Source: an uncultured beta proteobacterium (GTDB lineage Bacteria > Pseudomonadota > Gammaproteobacteria > Burkholderiales > SG8-39). Taken from it: a DNA stretch of 64,000 nucleotides. Every line of letters begins with the position of its first letter. Position 1 is the first letter of the stretch. Shown in pieces: positions 45,960-56,134 of the stretch. The stretch is from contig CAVVGT010000002.1 of NCBI GenBank assembly GCA_963747775.1, positions 42,467 to 106,466 of the forward strand. The letters are read 5' to 3'. The notes under the pieces were generated by a model that was not told the DNA's origin, searched no databases, and saw nothing but the letters and a program-made list of their open reading frames with translations. The translations under genes and the position numbers were made by a program.

Positions 45960-46181
45960 ATGAGATCGAGACGATCCGCGCTTTTCCTGACCGTCGCGCT
46001 GCTGGCGCCCGTGTCCGGCGGATGCGCGATGCAGGACGTGTCGCGAAACGTCTACGAAGGCGCCCGGCTCCGCAACGAGAGCCTGCGGGGGACGCCGCGC
46101 GAGACATCGGCGGCGCCGTCGATGAGCTACGACGATTACGAGACGGCGCGCAACAGCGCGGCGACCCCTAAATCTCATTGA
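45960..46181 (+). CDS. small lipoprotein (73 aa)
   Basis: Internal ATG at 45960 of ORF 45651..46181. It has a lipobox (LLAPVSGGC). Confidence 0.55.
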   Translation: MRSRRSALFLTVALLAPVSGGCAMQDVSRNVYEGARLRNESLRGTPRETSAAPSMSYDDYETARNSAATPKSH

Positions 46182-46354
46182 CAGCGATAGAGCGTGGGTC
46201 GTGAGCTCGCGCCGACCGTAGCAAGGAGGCAGGACGGTGTTCCCGGCACCGCGTACGCGCCGGTGCGATTGCAGGCGTTCGCCGTGGCATGATTCCGGGC
46301 GGCCGCGTGGTCGCGATGTCCGCGCACTGCGCGCGGTCTTCTTTCGGAGACGCG

Positions 46355-47251
46355 ATGAAGTTCGAAATCCCGCGTCGCGCGTGCGCGACGTTTCTCGCAG
46401 CGGTGCTCGCCGGCGCCGCGTCTGCGGCCGAGTGGCAGCCGTTCGTCTCCGTCACGCCGCTCTACCAGGGCAAGGGCGATCTGGACGGCGGCGGCGACTT
46501 TTCGATGTGGGGCGCGATCGTGCGCGCCGGCGCGACGACCGACCTCGGCGGCGGCAACCGCGCCGGCGTGACGCTCAGCTACGACTACACCGACTACTCG
46601 TTCTCGAACCCCGTCGGCTTCGGCGGCGTCGCGCCGTGGAACGTCATCCAGCACTACGGCGTGGCGGTGCCGCTCTCGTTCGCGCTGCGCGACGACTGGT
46701 CCCTGGGCGTCGCACCTTCCGTCGACTGGTTCCGCGAGAACGGCGCCGATTCGGGCGACTCGTTCGGCTGGGGCGCGATCGTCTCCGCGACCAAGCGCTT
46801 CGCCGACGGCAACCGTCTCGGTCTCGGCGTCGGCGTGTTCGACCGCCTCGAGAAGACGAGCGTGTTCCCGTTCCTCGTCGTCGACGTGCGGCTCACCGAC
46901 CGCTGGCGGCTGGTGAACCCGCTTCCCGCCGGCCCGACCGGCGGCGCCGGTCTCGAGCTCGACTATCGCTTCGACAGCGGCTGGAACCTCGGCCTCGGCG
47001 CGGCGTGGCGCACGGCGCGCTTCCGCCTCAGCGAGAGCGGGCCGGTGCCGAACGGCATCGGCGAGGAGCGCGGCGTGCCGGTGTTCTTCCGCGCCACGCG
47101 GAGCCTCGGCGAGCGCTCGTTGCTCAACCTCTACGCCGGGGTCGTGGTGGGCGGGCAGCTGATCGTCGAGGATCCTTCCGGCAACGAGCTGCGCAAGGTC
47201 GACTTCGATCCGGCGCCGCTCTTCGGCGCGACCTTCTCGACGCGCTTCTAA
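46355..47251 (+). CDS. outer-membrane beta-barrel-like protein
   Basis: Internal ATG at 46355 of ORF 46289..47251. It has a signal peptide (ATFLAAVLAGAASAAEW), alternating beta-strand-like pattern, many Gly/Asp turns and a terminal ...FSTRF. Confidence 0.65.
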   Translation: MKFEIPRRACATFLAAVLAGAASAAEWQPFVSVTPLYQGKGDLDGGGDFSMWGAIVRAGATTDLGGGNRAGVTLSYDYTDYSFSNPVGFGGVAPWNVIQHYGVAVPLSFALRDDWSLGVAPSVDWFRENGADSGDSFGWGAIVSATKRFADGNRLGLGVGVFDRLEKTSVFPFLVVDVRLTDRWRLVNPLPAGPTGGAGLELDYRFDSGWNLGLGAAWRTARFRLSESGPVPNGIGEERGVPVFFRATRSLGERSLLNLYAGVVVGGQLIVEDPSGNELRKVDFDPAPLFGATFSTRF

Positions 47252-47264
47252 GCGCGCGGCGCGA

Positions 47265-48863
47265 GTGAAGGCGGATACGCTCGCAGCCCTTCTCGAAGAT
47301 CGCGCGGGGCGGGCGCCCGACGCCGCCGCGCTGCTCGACCGGGACCGTCCGGTCGCCTGCGCGGCGCTCGCCGACGAAGCGGCGCGGCTCGCCGCGGGGT
47401 TGGTCTCGATCGGCGTCGGCGCGGGCGACCGCGTCGCGCTCTGGCTGCCGAATCTGCCCGCGTGGCTCGCCACGTTCTTCGCGTGCGGGCGGCTGGGCGC
47501 GATCGCGGTGTCGGTCAACACGCGCTTCCGCAGCCACGAGGTGCAGGACATCGTCGAGCGGGCAGGGTGCAAGGCGATCGTATTCTGGCCCGGCTTCCGG
47601 AACATCGACTTCGCCGGGATTCTCGCCGAGTGCGATCCCGGCACGCTCGGCACGCTGACGCACGTCGTCGCGTATGCGGAGGGTGACGAGCCTCTGCCCG
47701 ACCGCGTCCACGAGCGGCGGGTCGTCTCGTATCGCGCGCTCGTCGAGCGCGAGCCCATGCGGGAGGCGGCGGGCCGGCCCGAATCGGGCTGCGTCATCTT
47801 CACGACCTCGGGCACCACGAAGGCGCCGAAGTTCGTGCTGCACGATCAGCGCACCGTCCTGCGTCACGCGCACGATGTCGCGCGCGGCTTCGGCTACGAA
47901 GCGCCGGACACGCGCGTGCTGGTCACGGCGCCGCTCTGCGGCGTGTACGGCTTCACCAACGCAATGGGCGCGCTCGCCGCCGGCGCGCCGATCGTGATGT
48001 ATCCGACGTTCGATGCAGCGGAATCCGCGCAGGCGCTGCTGCGCCATCGTGTGACGCACACGCACGCGAGCGACGAGATGATCGGCCGCATGCTCGAGGC
48101 GGTGCCGGGCACGCCGGCATTCCCGGACGCGAAGTTCTTCGGTTACGCGGCGTTCTCGCCGGCGTATGCGGACCTCCCGCAGCGCGCCGAGGCGCGCGGG
48201 CTCACCGTCGTCGGCCTCTACGGCATGAGCGAGGTGCACGCGCTCATGGCGCGCCAAAGCGAGACGGCGTCGTTCGCCGAGCGCGTGCTCGCCGGCGGGC
48301 GCTGCGTCGCGCCGGCGGGGCGCGTGCGCGCGCGCGACCCGGAATCGGGTGCGATCCAGCCGCACGGCGTCGCGGGCGAGCTCGAGCTCAAGGTGCCGAG
48401 CTGCATGGTCGGCTACTTCGGCGACGAGGCGGCGACGCGCGCCGCCTTCACCGACGACGGGTTCCTGCGCACCGGCGACCTCGGGTACTCGACTGCGGAC
48501 GACGCGTTCGCGTTCCTCGCGCGCCTGGGCGACGCGCTGAGGCTCGGCGGGTTTCTCGTGAGCCCGGCGGAGATCGAGGACGTGCTGCAGGAGCAGCCCG
48601 CGGTGGCCGCCGCGCAGGTCGTCGGCGTCGACACGCCCGCGGGAAAGAAGGCGTTCGCGTTCGTCATCGTGAAGCCGGGTGCGCGCTTCGACGCCGCGGC
48701 GCTGATCGACCATTGCGCGCAGCGCCTCGCGAAGTTCAAAGTGCCGGTGCGCGTGGAGCCGATCGACGCGTTTCCGGTGACGCCCGGTGCCAACGCGACC
48801 AAGATCCAGAAGTCGAAGCTGCGCGAACGTGCGCAGGCTTCCCTCGCGAGGAGAGACGGATGA
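47265..48863 (+). CDS. AMP-dependent acyl-CoA synthetase/ligase
   Basis: ORF 47265..48863 with a GTG start. It has the AMP-binding motif IFTTSGTTKAPK, a GELELK-type motif, and TGDLGY...FLARLGD. Confidence 0.9.
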   Translation: MKADTLAALLEDRAGRAPDAAALLDRDRPVACAALADEAARLAAGLVSIGVGAGDRVALWLPNLPAWLATFFACGRLGAIAVSVNTRFRSHEVQDIVERAGCKAIVFWPGFRNIDFAGILAECDPGTLGTLTHVVAYAEGDEPLPDRVHERRVVSYRALVEREPMREAAGRPESGCVIFTTSGTTKAPKFVLHDQRTVLRHAHDVARGFGYEAPDTRVLVTAPLCGVYGFTNAMGALAAGAPIVMYPTFDAAESAQALLRHRVTHTHASDEMIGRMLEAVPGTPAFPDAKFFGYAAFSPAYADLPQRAEARGLTVVGLYGMSEVHALMARQSETASFAERVLAGGRCVAPAGRVRARDPESGAIQPHGVAGELELKVPSCMVGYFGDEAATRAAFTDDGFLRTGDLGYSTADDAFAFLARLGDALRLGGFLVSPAEIEDVLQEQPAVAAAQVVGVDTPAGKKAFAFVIVKPGARFDAAALIDHCAQRLAKFKVPVRVEPIDAFPVTPGANATKIQKSKLRERAQASLARRDG

Positions 48864-49642
48864 GCGAAACGGTCAAGGTGGAGAAAGTCGGTGCGATCAC
48901 GCAGCTCGTGCTCAACCGTCCGGCGGCGTACAACGCGCTCGACGCGGAGATGGTGGAAGCGCTCGCGTCGCGCCTGACGCTGCTCGCGCGCGACGGCACC
49001 GTGCGCGGCGTCGTGATCACCGGCGCGGGGAAGGCGTTCTGCTCGGGCGGCGATCTGCGTTGGGTGACTTCGCATCCGCAGGGCGCGGCGGGCGCGTTCC
49101 ACGCGCTCGCGGCGCGCTTCCATCTGGCCGCGCTGGAGATCCGGCGCATGGCGAAGCCGGTCGTCGCTGCGGTCAACGGCGTCGCGGCCGGCGGCGGGTT
49201 CTCGCTCGCGCTGGCGTGCGACTTCCGCGTCATGGCGGAATCGGCAGTCCTGCGGCAGGCGTACACGTCGAGCGGGCTGTCGATCGACGGCGGCGGGACC
49301 TTCGCCCTGCCGCGTCTCGTCGGCGGCGCGCGCGCACTGGAGATCGTGGCGCTCGATCCGCCGATTCCGGCGCGGCAGGCGCTCGAGTGGGGGCTCGCGA
49401 CGAAGGTCGTCGGCGATGGCGCTGCGGTTGGCGAGGCGATCGCGCTCGCCGAGCGCGTCGCCGCCGGTTCGCTGCACTCGTACGGGCTGTCGAAGCGGCT
49501 GCTCGGCGACGCGTTCGACACGCCGCTCGAGGCGCAGCTCGAGCGCGAGCGCGAGGCCCTCGCCGCGTGCGGCGCGCACGTCGACGGGCAGGAAGGGCTG
49601 CGTGCATTCGTCGAGAAGCGGAAGCCCGCGTTCTCGCGCTGA
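48860..49642 (+). CDS. enoyl-CoA hydratase/isomerase (crotonase family)
   Basis: ATG at 48860 overlaps the ligase stop (ATGA). It reads LNRPAAYNALD...ITGAGKAFCSGGDL...VAAVNGVAAGGG. Confidence 0.9.
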   Translation: MSETVKVEKVGAITQLVLNRPAAYNALDAEMVEALASRLTLLARDGTVRGVVITGAGKAFCSGGDLRWVTSHPQGAAGAFHALAARFHLAALEIRRMAKPVVAAVNGVAAGGGFSLALACDFRVMAESAVLRQAYTSSGLSIDGGGTFALPRLVGGARALEIVALDPPIPARQALEWGLATKVVGDGAAVGEAIALAERVAAGSLHSYGLSKRLLGDAFDTPLEAQLEREREALAACGAHVDGQEGLRAFVEKRKPAFSR

Positions 49643-49786
49643 TCTCCAAGCAGGCCGACATGCTGCGCCGCAAAGTCATGGCGGGCCTGCCGGGGACCGA
49701 GCAGCGCGCATTCGGGCCGCTTGCGGGTGTCCTTCAGGTGGAGAAGAATGCCGCCTCGTTCCGCACAACTCAAAGGGGGAGAAGCC

Positions 49787-50903
49787 ATGGCAGTTGACCC
49801 GCGTCGCCGGCAGATCGTGCTCGGTTCGGCCACGGCCGCCGCGCTCATGCAACTCGGACTTGCGCCGCGCGCGTCCGCGCAATCGAATCGGCTCGCGAGC
49901 GTGCCCACCGTGGACAACCTGACCATCCGCGTGCTCACCGACTCGAGCTACGACACCCCGCGCGTGGGCACCTCGAAGTGGGTGAAGACCCGCCGCACCG
50001 GGCTCGTTTCGCCGACCGACGTCCGCAAGACGCTGCACAACGAATGGGGCCTGTCGCTCGCGATCGAGACGACGAGCGGCGGCGAGACGCGCAACCTGCT
50101 GCTCGACTTCGGCTACACGCCCGAATGCGCTCCTCAACAACATGGAGGTCATGGGCGTCGACGGCACGAAGATGCAGGCCCTCATCGCGAGCCACGGCCA
50201 CTACGACCATTTCGGCGGGCTGATCGGGTACCTGCAGAAGTATCGCGACTCGCTCCCCGCCGACCTGACGATGTACATCGGCGGCGAGGATCTCTTCTGC
50301 CTGCGCAAGACGGGGACGGGCGCGCCCGGCCACTTCGCCGATTGGGGCGTGCTGGATCGCCGCGACCTCGAGAAATACCGCATCCGGGTGGTGAGCTGCG
50401 AGCAGCCGACGGTGATCCTCGGCCACGGGTTCACGACCGGCACGATCCGGCGCACCAGTTTCGAGCGCGTGCTGCCCAACACGATGGTCGAGTACTTCAA
50501 GCGGGACGGCGTCGGTTGCGACATTCCGTCGGCGAACGCCAAGGCGCAGGGCAAGCCGGTTCCCGACGAGCACATCCACGAGCACGGCACCTGCTTCAAC
50601 GTGAAGGACCGGGGCCTCGTGGTCATTTCCTCCTGCGGCCACGCCGGCATCGTCAACTCGGTGCGCCAGGCCATGGAGGTCTCGGGCGTGAAGAAGGTGC
50701 ACGCCGCGCTCGGCGGCTTTCACCTGTTCCCGGCGCCCGACGACTACGTGAGCAAGACCGTGGCCGAGCTCAAGGTGATCGATCCGGACGTGATCATCCC
50801 GATGCACTGCTCCGGGCCGACGATGGTCGCGATGTTGCGGAGCGACCTCTCCGACCGGCTGATCGTCTCGTCCACCGGCACCGAGTACGTCTTCGGAGCC
50901 TAG
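49787..50903 (+). pseudogene. Tat-exported metallo-beta-lactamase-fold hydrolase, one +1 frameshift
   Basis: MAVDPRRRQIVLGSATAAALMQLGLAPRASA...LLLDFGYTPE is in the 49721 frame. The continuation ALLNNMEVMGVDGTKMQALIASHGHYDHFGG... is ORF 50142..50903. There is an extra base near 50126 (cccgaa-t-gcgctc). Confidence 0.8.
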
Positions 50904-51563
50904 ATGGACCAGGGTGGCGCGCGGCTCGGCATTCGCGCGCACGCCCTGATCGCGGCGGTCGTCGTCGCCGTCGCCGCGTCGACCGCATGGTTCGCCACGC
51001 GCGACCCGTCGCCCGCCGAGCGGCGCGCCGACGCCGCGCGGCTCATGAACGAGCTGATGTCGGGCAAGTTTCCCGTGGGCGGCGCGTTCGTCCTATCCGA
51101 ACCGGAGGGACGGCGCGTCGCCCTCGCCGATTTCCGGGGCAAGCTGGTGCTGCTCTATTTCGGCTACGCCACCTGCCCCGACGTCTGCCCGACCGACCTC
51201 GCGATCATCGGCCAGGCGCTGCGCGATCTTGGCGACGCAGGCGACCAGGTGCAGCCGGTATTCGTGACGCTCGACCCGGAACGCGACACGCCCGTGGTGC
51301 TGCGCGAATACGCGGCGGCGTTCCATCCGCGCTTCGTCGCACTCACCGGCACGGAAGGCGAGATCCGGCGCGTCGCCACCGACTACAAGGTGTTCTTCGA
51401 GAAGGTGCCCCTGCCCGGCACGAAGACCTACGTCATCGACCATACGGCGTACACGTTCCTGCTCGACCGCGAGGGGCGTTTCGTCAGCCTCTTCCCGCCC
51501 GGCACGCCGCCCGCGCGAATGGCGGTCCTGCTGCGCGAGCAGCTCGCGGCGACGCCCCGTTGA
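50904..51563 (+). CDS. SCO1/SenC-family copper chaperone / thiol-disulfide protein
   Basis: ORF 50904..51563. It has a TM anchor, LLYFGYATCPDVCPTDL (CxxxC) and a conserved ...IDHT segment. Confidence 0.85.
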   Translation: MDQGGARLGIRAHALIAAVVVAVAASTAWFATRDPSPAERRADAARLMNELMSGKFPVGGAFVLSEPEGRRVALADFRGKLVLLYFGYATCPDVCPTDLAIIGQALRDLGDAGDQVQPVFVTLDPERDTPVVLREYAAAFHPRFVALTGTEGEIRRVATDYKVFFEKVPLPGTKTYVIDHTAYTFLLDREGRFVSLFPPGTPPARMAVLLREQLAATPR

Positions 51564-51730
51564 CGCACGAACAAAGCATTGTCTATTCCGGAAGTGCGGG
51601 AGCAGAATGCCCTCGAACCCGGGCGCGGCAAGGGTCGCGCTGGCCCGGAAAGCCCCGCGACCCGGGGCCAGAAGAAGGAGCGGGAGCGATCCATTTTCCT
51701 TTCATGTCGTTTCAACGCAGGGGGGCCGAA

Positions 51731-52345
51731 ATGAAACGTTTGTCCGTCTTCACCGTGAGTTTTCTGGTGGTCGCGTCAGCCGTTCTGGGCTGCGCACAAA
51801 TGTCCGGTTCAGACGCCGGGTGGACCACGCTCATCGACGGCGCCAAGGGCCTCGACAACTGGAACCGCATCGGCGACGCCAACTGGCGAGCGGAGGACGG
51901 CGCCATCGTGGCCGACCGGGGCAAGGGCGGCTATCTCGTCTCGAAGGGCTCGTACAAGGACTTCCAGATCAGGGCCGAGTTCTGGGCCGATCACACCACG
52001 AACAGCGGCATCTTCATCCGCGTCTCCGATCCCGCCAAGGTCACCGCCGCGAGCTCCTACGAGGTGAACATCTTCGACCAGCGCCCCGAGCCGGCCTACG
52101 GCACTGGTGCGATCGTGGATTTCGCCGCCGTATCGCCGATGCCCAAGGCGGGCGGCAAGTGGAACACCTATGAGATTACGGCCAAAGGCGCGCAGCTGAT
52201 CGTCGTGCTGAACGGCGTCCAGACGGTCAACATCCAGAACGGCAAGTTCCCGCAGGGACCGTTCGCCCTGCAGTTCGGCAACGGTCCCAAGGACGCTCCC
52301 GGCGGCGCCATCAAGTGGCGAAAGGTGCAGGTCAAGGCGCTGTAA
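51731..52345 (+). CDS. DUF1080 (3-keto-disaccharide-hydrolase-like) lipoprotein
   Basis: ATG at 51731 in the frame of composite ORF 49721..52345. It has a lipobox (SAVLGCA), then GWTTLIDGAKGLDNW...SNSGIFIR...YEVNIFD...IKWRKVQVKAL. Confidence 0.8.
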   Translation: MKRLSVFTVSFLVVASAVLGCAQMSGSDAGWTTLIDGAKGLDNWNRIGDANWRAEDGAIVADRGKGGYLVSKGSYKDFQIRAEFWADHTTNSGIFIRVSDPAKVTAASSYEVNIFDQRPEPAYGTGAIVDFAAVSPMPKAGGKWNTYEITAKGAQLIVVLNGVQTVNIQNGKFPQGPFALQFGNGPKDAPGGAIKWRKVQVKAL

Positions 52346-52351
52346 TCCGCG

Positions 52352-52384
52352 CCGGCGGCGCGTTCGCCGCCGGATGTTTTCGTT
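52352..52384 (+). terminator. rho-independent terminator
   Basis: ccggcggcg-cgtt-cgccgccgg forms a 9-bp stem followed by atgttttcgtt. It starts 7 nt after the stop at 52345. Confidence 0.65.
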
Positions 52385-52413
52385 CGAGCGGCCCTCGATC
52401 GGGGCCGCTCGAA
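52383..52413. terminator. second strong hairpin between convergent genes
   Basis: ttcgagcggccc-tcgatcg-gggccgctcgaa forms a 12-bp stem. There is no clear U-tract on either strand. Confidence 0.4.
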
Positions 52414-52453
52414 CGTCCGATCTCGGCCGGTCCGGGACTTTCGCGACCGCCGC

Positions 52454-53095
52454 TCAGATGATCCCGTCCCGCGCCATCGCGTCGAACACGATCCCGACGT
52501 ACTGCTGGACGGAGGCCGCGTCGTCGGATTCGCCGTCGCGGTCGGTCGTGCCGATCATGCCGCTCCATGCAAGCGCGCCGGTCCGCGCGTCGAAGAGCCG
52601 CGTCTCGGAGACGGTGCGCGTCGGGCCGCTGGCCGTCGTCTGCGGCGGGACGTAGGTCGTCTGCCACACGCCGGCGTAGTAGCCGTAGAAGCCGCCCCAC
52701 CCGTAGCCCACGGTGACGGTGTAGCCGGGCGAAGTGACGGTCGTCACGTCGACGCTGGTGGTGCGCGCGATGAGCATCCCATCGACGCGCGTCTCGGCGA
52801 TCACCTTCCGCAACGTGGCTTCGTCGGCCGCGCCGGACGTACCGAGCGTGGCGTAAGCCGGCACGCCCTGGATGCCGCGCTGGCCCAGCAGCGCGACCAT
52901 GCGATCCTCGAACACGCGCCCCAGCACGTTCTCGTGCGTGACCGCGACGACGAGCACGCGCTTGAAGGGCTTGCCGACGTACTCGGGGTTCGCGTGCTGC
53001 TGCAGGAGCCGGTTCGGCGCGCAGCTCGCCACGCAAGCCAGCGCAACGAGGGCGAGGGAGAGCGCGCGCAGCCGGCGCGCGATGGGGTGGGTCAT
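52454..53095 (-). CDS. lipoprotein, unknown function
   Basis: Internal ATG at 53095 of ORF 52454..53203(-). It has a lipobox (LVALACVASCA) and a Gly/Tyr-rich patch (GYGWGGFYGYYAGVW). Confidence 0.7.
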   Translation of the reverse strand: MTHPIARRLRALSLALVALACVASCAPNRLLQQHANPEYVGKPFKRVLVVAVTHENVLGRVFEDRMVALLGQRGIQGVPAYATLGTSGAADEATLRKVIAETRVDGMLIARTTSVDVTTVTSPGYTVTVGYGWGGFYGYYAGVWQTTYVPPQTTASGPTRTVSETRLFDARTGALAWSGMIGTTDRDGESDDAASVQQYVGIVFDAMARDGII

Positions 53096-53349
53096 GACGG
53101 AAACTCCTGGTGAAGTGGGCGAAGGGCCGGCACGGACCCTGCGCCGACGGTGTGGGATTCGCCGAACAGGATACCGGTAATTCCACAAGTGCCGTCGGGA
53201 CACACCGCGATCGGCGGGCGAAGGGACGGGGGGTCGCTACTTCAGGTACTCTCCGCCCGCGCTGAGCAGGACCGCGCGAATCGTGTTGCTGCCTTTCTTC
53301 CCTTCCCTCCACTCCCCAATAAGAAGTTCCAAATGCCAGGAGGCTCCAC

Positions 53350-54960
53350 ATGAATCTCTTAAGACATCTCTCCGCAGGCGTGACTGCGATCGCCCTCGCC
53401 CTATTCGCGGCGGCGCCCGCGCTCGCCCAGGCGCCGGCCAAGAAGCCCAACATCATCCTGATCATGGGCGACGACATCGGCTGGGCCAATATCGGCGCCT
53501 ACAACCAGGGCATCATGTCGATGAGAACGCCGAACCTCGACCGGCTCGCGGCCGAGGGCATGCGCTTCACCGACTACTACGCGGAAGCGAGCTGCACCGC
53601 GGGACGCGCCAACTTCATCACCGGCGAATTGCCCATCCGTACCGGGCTGACGACCGTGGGGCAGGCCGGGTCGCCGATCGGAATGCCGGCGAAGGCGCCG
53701 ACGATCGCGACGGCGCTGAAGGCGATGGGCTACGCCACCGGCCAGTTCGGCAAGAATCACCTGGGCGATCTGAACCAGTTCCTGCCCACGCTGCACGGCT
53801 TCGACGAGTTCTACGGCTATCTCTATCACCTGGACGCGATGGAGGACCCGTGCCACCCCAATTACCCGCAGAAGCTGCGGGCGACGGTGGGCCCGCGCAA
53901 CATGGTCCATTCGTGGGCGACGACCGTGGATGACGCGACCGTGCAGCCGCGCTGGGGCAAGGTCGGCAAGCAGAAGATCGAGGACGCGGGCGAGCTCTGT
54001 CCCAAGCGGATGGAGACGGTCGACGACGAGATCCTCGCCAACGCGCTCAAGTTCGTCGACAAGGCACGCAAGGACGGCAAGCCGTTCTTCCTCTGGCTGA
54101 ACCCGACGCGGATGCACGTCGTCACGCACCTGTCGCCGAAGTACCAGGGCATGCGCAACTCGGACAACAACTGGACCATCCAGGAAGCCGGCATGGCGCA
54201 GATCGACGACATCGTCGGCGCCGTGATGAAGTACGTGAAGGACGCCGGCATCGAAGGCGACACCATCCTCGGCTTCACGACCGACAACGGCGCGGAGAAC
54301 TTCACCTGGCCCGACGGCGGCCAGACGCCGTTCGCCGGCGGCAAGGGGACGGCGCTCGAAGGCGGCTTCCGCGTGCCGATGATCCTGCGCTGGCCGGGCA
54401 AGGTGCCGGCGGGCAAGGTCGAGAACGGCATCGTGTCGGGTCTCGACTGGTTTCCGACCTTCGTTGCGGCGGCCGGTGACCCCAACATCGCGGCGGACCT
54501 GAAGAAGGGCAAGAAGCTCGGCGACACCACGTACAAGGTGCACCTGGACGGCTACAACCAGATGGACCTGATTACGGGCAAGGGCCCCTCGGCGCGCCAC
54601 GAGATCTTCTACTTCACCGAGGGCACGCTGTCGGCAGTCCGGATCGACGACTTCAAGTACCGGTTCACCGATCAGCCGCAAGGCTGGCTCGGCGGCACGA
54701 TCAAGGTCGACTGGCCGATCCTGACCAACCTCCGCTCCGACCCGTACGAGCGCACGGGCATGCCGAACGGTGCGAACGGGTCACTGGCGTACTACAACTG
54801 GTTCGTGTACGAGTTCTGGCGCTTCCAGTTCGTGCAGAAGGAGGTGGAGAAGGTCGCGCGGACCGCGATCGAGTTCCCGCCGATGCAGGCGGGTGCGAGC
54901 TTCAACCTCGAGGCCGTCAAAGCGCAGATCGAGAAGGCCCGGGCGGCGCACGGCCAGTAA
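53350..54960 (+). CDS. arylsulfatase (intact, signal peptide)
   Basis: ORF 53350..54960. It reads PNIILIMGDDIGWANIG...ASCTAGRANFITG (Cys-x-x-x-Arg active-site motif)...GKNHLGD...TTDNGAE...KGTALEGGFRVP. Confidence 0.9.
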   Translation: MNLLRHLSAGVTAIALALFAAAPALAQAPAKKPNIILIMGDDIGWANIGAYNQGIMSMRTPNLDRLAAEGMRFTDYYAEASCTAGRANFITGELPIRTGLTTVGQAGSPIGMPAKAPTIATALKAMGYATGQFGKNHLGDLNQFLPTLHGFDEFYGYLYHLDAMEDPCHPNYPQKLRATVGPRNMVHSWATTVDDATVQPRWGKVGKQKIEDAGELCPKRMETVDDEILANALKFVDKARKDGKPFFLWLNPTRMHVVTHLSPKYQGMRNSDNNWTIQEAGMAQIDDIVGAVMKYVKDAGIEGDTILGFTTDNGAENFTWPDGGQTPFAGGKGTALEGGFRVPMILRWPGKVPAGKVENGIVSGLDWFPTFVAAAGDPNIAADLKKGKKLGDTTYKVHLDGYNQMDLITGKGPSARHEIFYFTEGTLSAVRIDDFKYRFTDQPQGWLGGTIKVDWPILTNLRSDPYERTGMPNGANGSLAYYNWFVYEFWRFQFVQKEVEKVARTAIEFPPMQAGASFNLEAVKAQIEKARAAHGQ

Positions 54961-55056
54961 GCGCCCCGCGCGAGTCGGCTTCACGCCGCGCGGTTCGCCT
55001 TTCCGGCGGGCAGCGCGGCTTCGTTTTTTTGGGACGGGTGGGCCCTGGGGCCCCCC

Positions 55057-55943
55057 TCAGCGCGATTCGGAAAAAAACTCCTGCAGCATGAATTCCTCGA
55101 GCCCCGCGTTGTCGCTGGGGCGAGCCGAGAGGGTCAACTCGCGGCCCAGGCGAGGCGAAATCCAGACGAAGTCTCCGGACTCGTGATCGCGGATGATCGA
55201 GATCATCTTGCGCACCACCGCGATCCGGATGTCGCTGTTGGCGCCTTTCTCGACCTCGATCAGCTGCTTCGCCCTCCGGCGGATGTCCTTGTTCCAGCCG
55301 AAAAAGGTGAACTCGGCGCTGGTATAGCCGACGCGCTCGAGCTGGAAGATGCCGCCGCCTTTGCGCTCTTGGCCGTAAATCGGTGTGCGGTTCAGTCCGA
55401 GGTTTTCGGCGACGATGCGGTTGTGTCGCGCTCGCTCGTCCTCGACCGACGGCGTGCTCGCCGTGCTGCCTTCGGCCGAGGCGCCGCGCGCGCGGCGTCG
55501 CGCCTCGAGGTACGAGGAGAAATCCCCCTCGATCGGGGTGGGCGCAGGTGCAGGCGTCGTCGCAGCGGGCGGAACCGGCGGCGCGACGACCGCGGGCGCC
55601 GGTTCGTTCCTCGCGATGACCGGTGGCGGGGGCGGGGGCGCGAGGCGGCCCGAGTTGGCGGTGCGCGCTTCGCGGCGGGTGGGGGCGACGGGGGCGCCGG
55701 GGATGCGGACGGGGCGGGCGGGGCACGGCTCTCCGGGGTCGGCGGCGGCGCCAGGCGCACCGCCAATGCACCGCTTGCTTTCCCGCGCGCCGCGCGCGCC
55801 GAGAACTGGTCGGCCAGGTGCGGCACCAAGAGCCACAGCACCGCCGCGTGGATGAGCAGCGACAGCGCGAACGCGATCCGGATGGTGGGGATCGTTACGC
55901 TCGCGCCGTCGGTGCGAGGGGGTTCGTAGAGCGAGTTGCTCAT
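55057..55943 (-). pseudogene. membrane-anchored Pro-rich protein with conserved C-terminal domain; frame change inside the Pro-rich tract
   Basis: The N-terminus (MSNSLYEPP...IRIAFALSLLIHAAVLWLLVP...APPPTPE...SPPPAAKRAPP) is in ORF 55392..55943(-). The C-terminus (...NSGRLAPPPPPPVIARNEP...GGGIFQLERVGYTSAEFTFFGWNK...EFFSESR) is in ORF 55057..55950(-). The length of 887 nt is not a multiple of 3. Confidence 0.6.
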
Positions 55944-56134
55944 CGGTCACCCGGAGCGGGCGCCTTGCACCACGGGCCTACGGGGAACCAGGGGGCGAGG
56001 GCGGTCCGGGAGTTACACGGGGGTCCGCTAGGTCGTCGGAGACTACTTCCAGCAAAGAATATACACGCGAAAATCCCACCCTTCCCGCCTTGTCGAACCG
56101 AGAGGGGATCTCCGGAGCCGGGCCGTTTCTTGCG

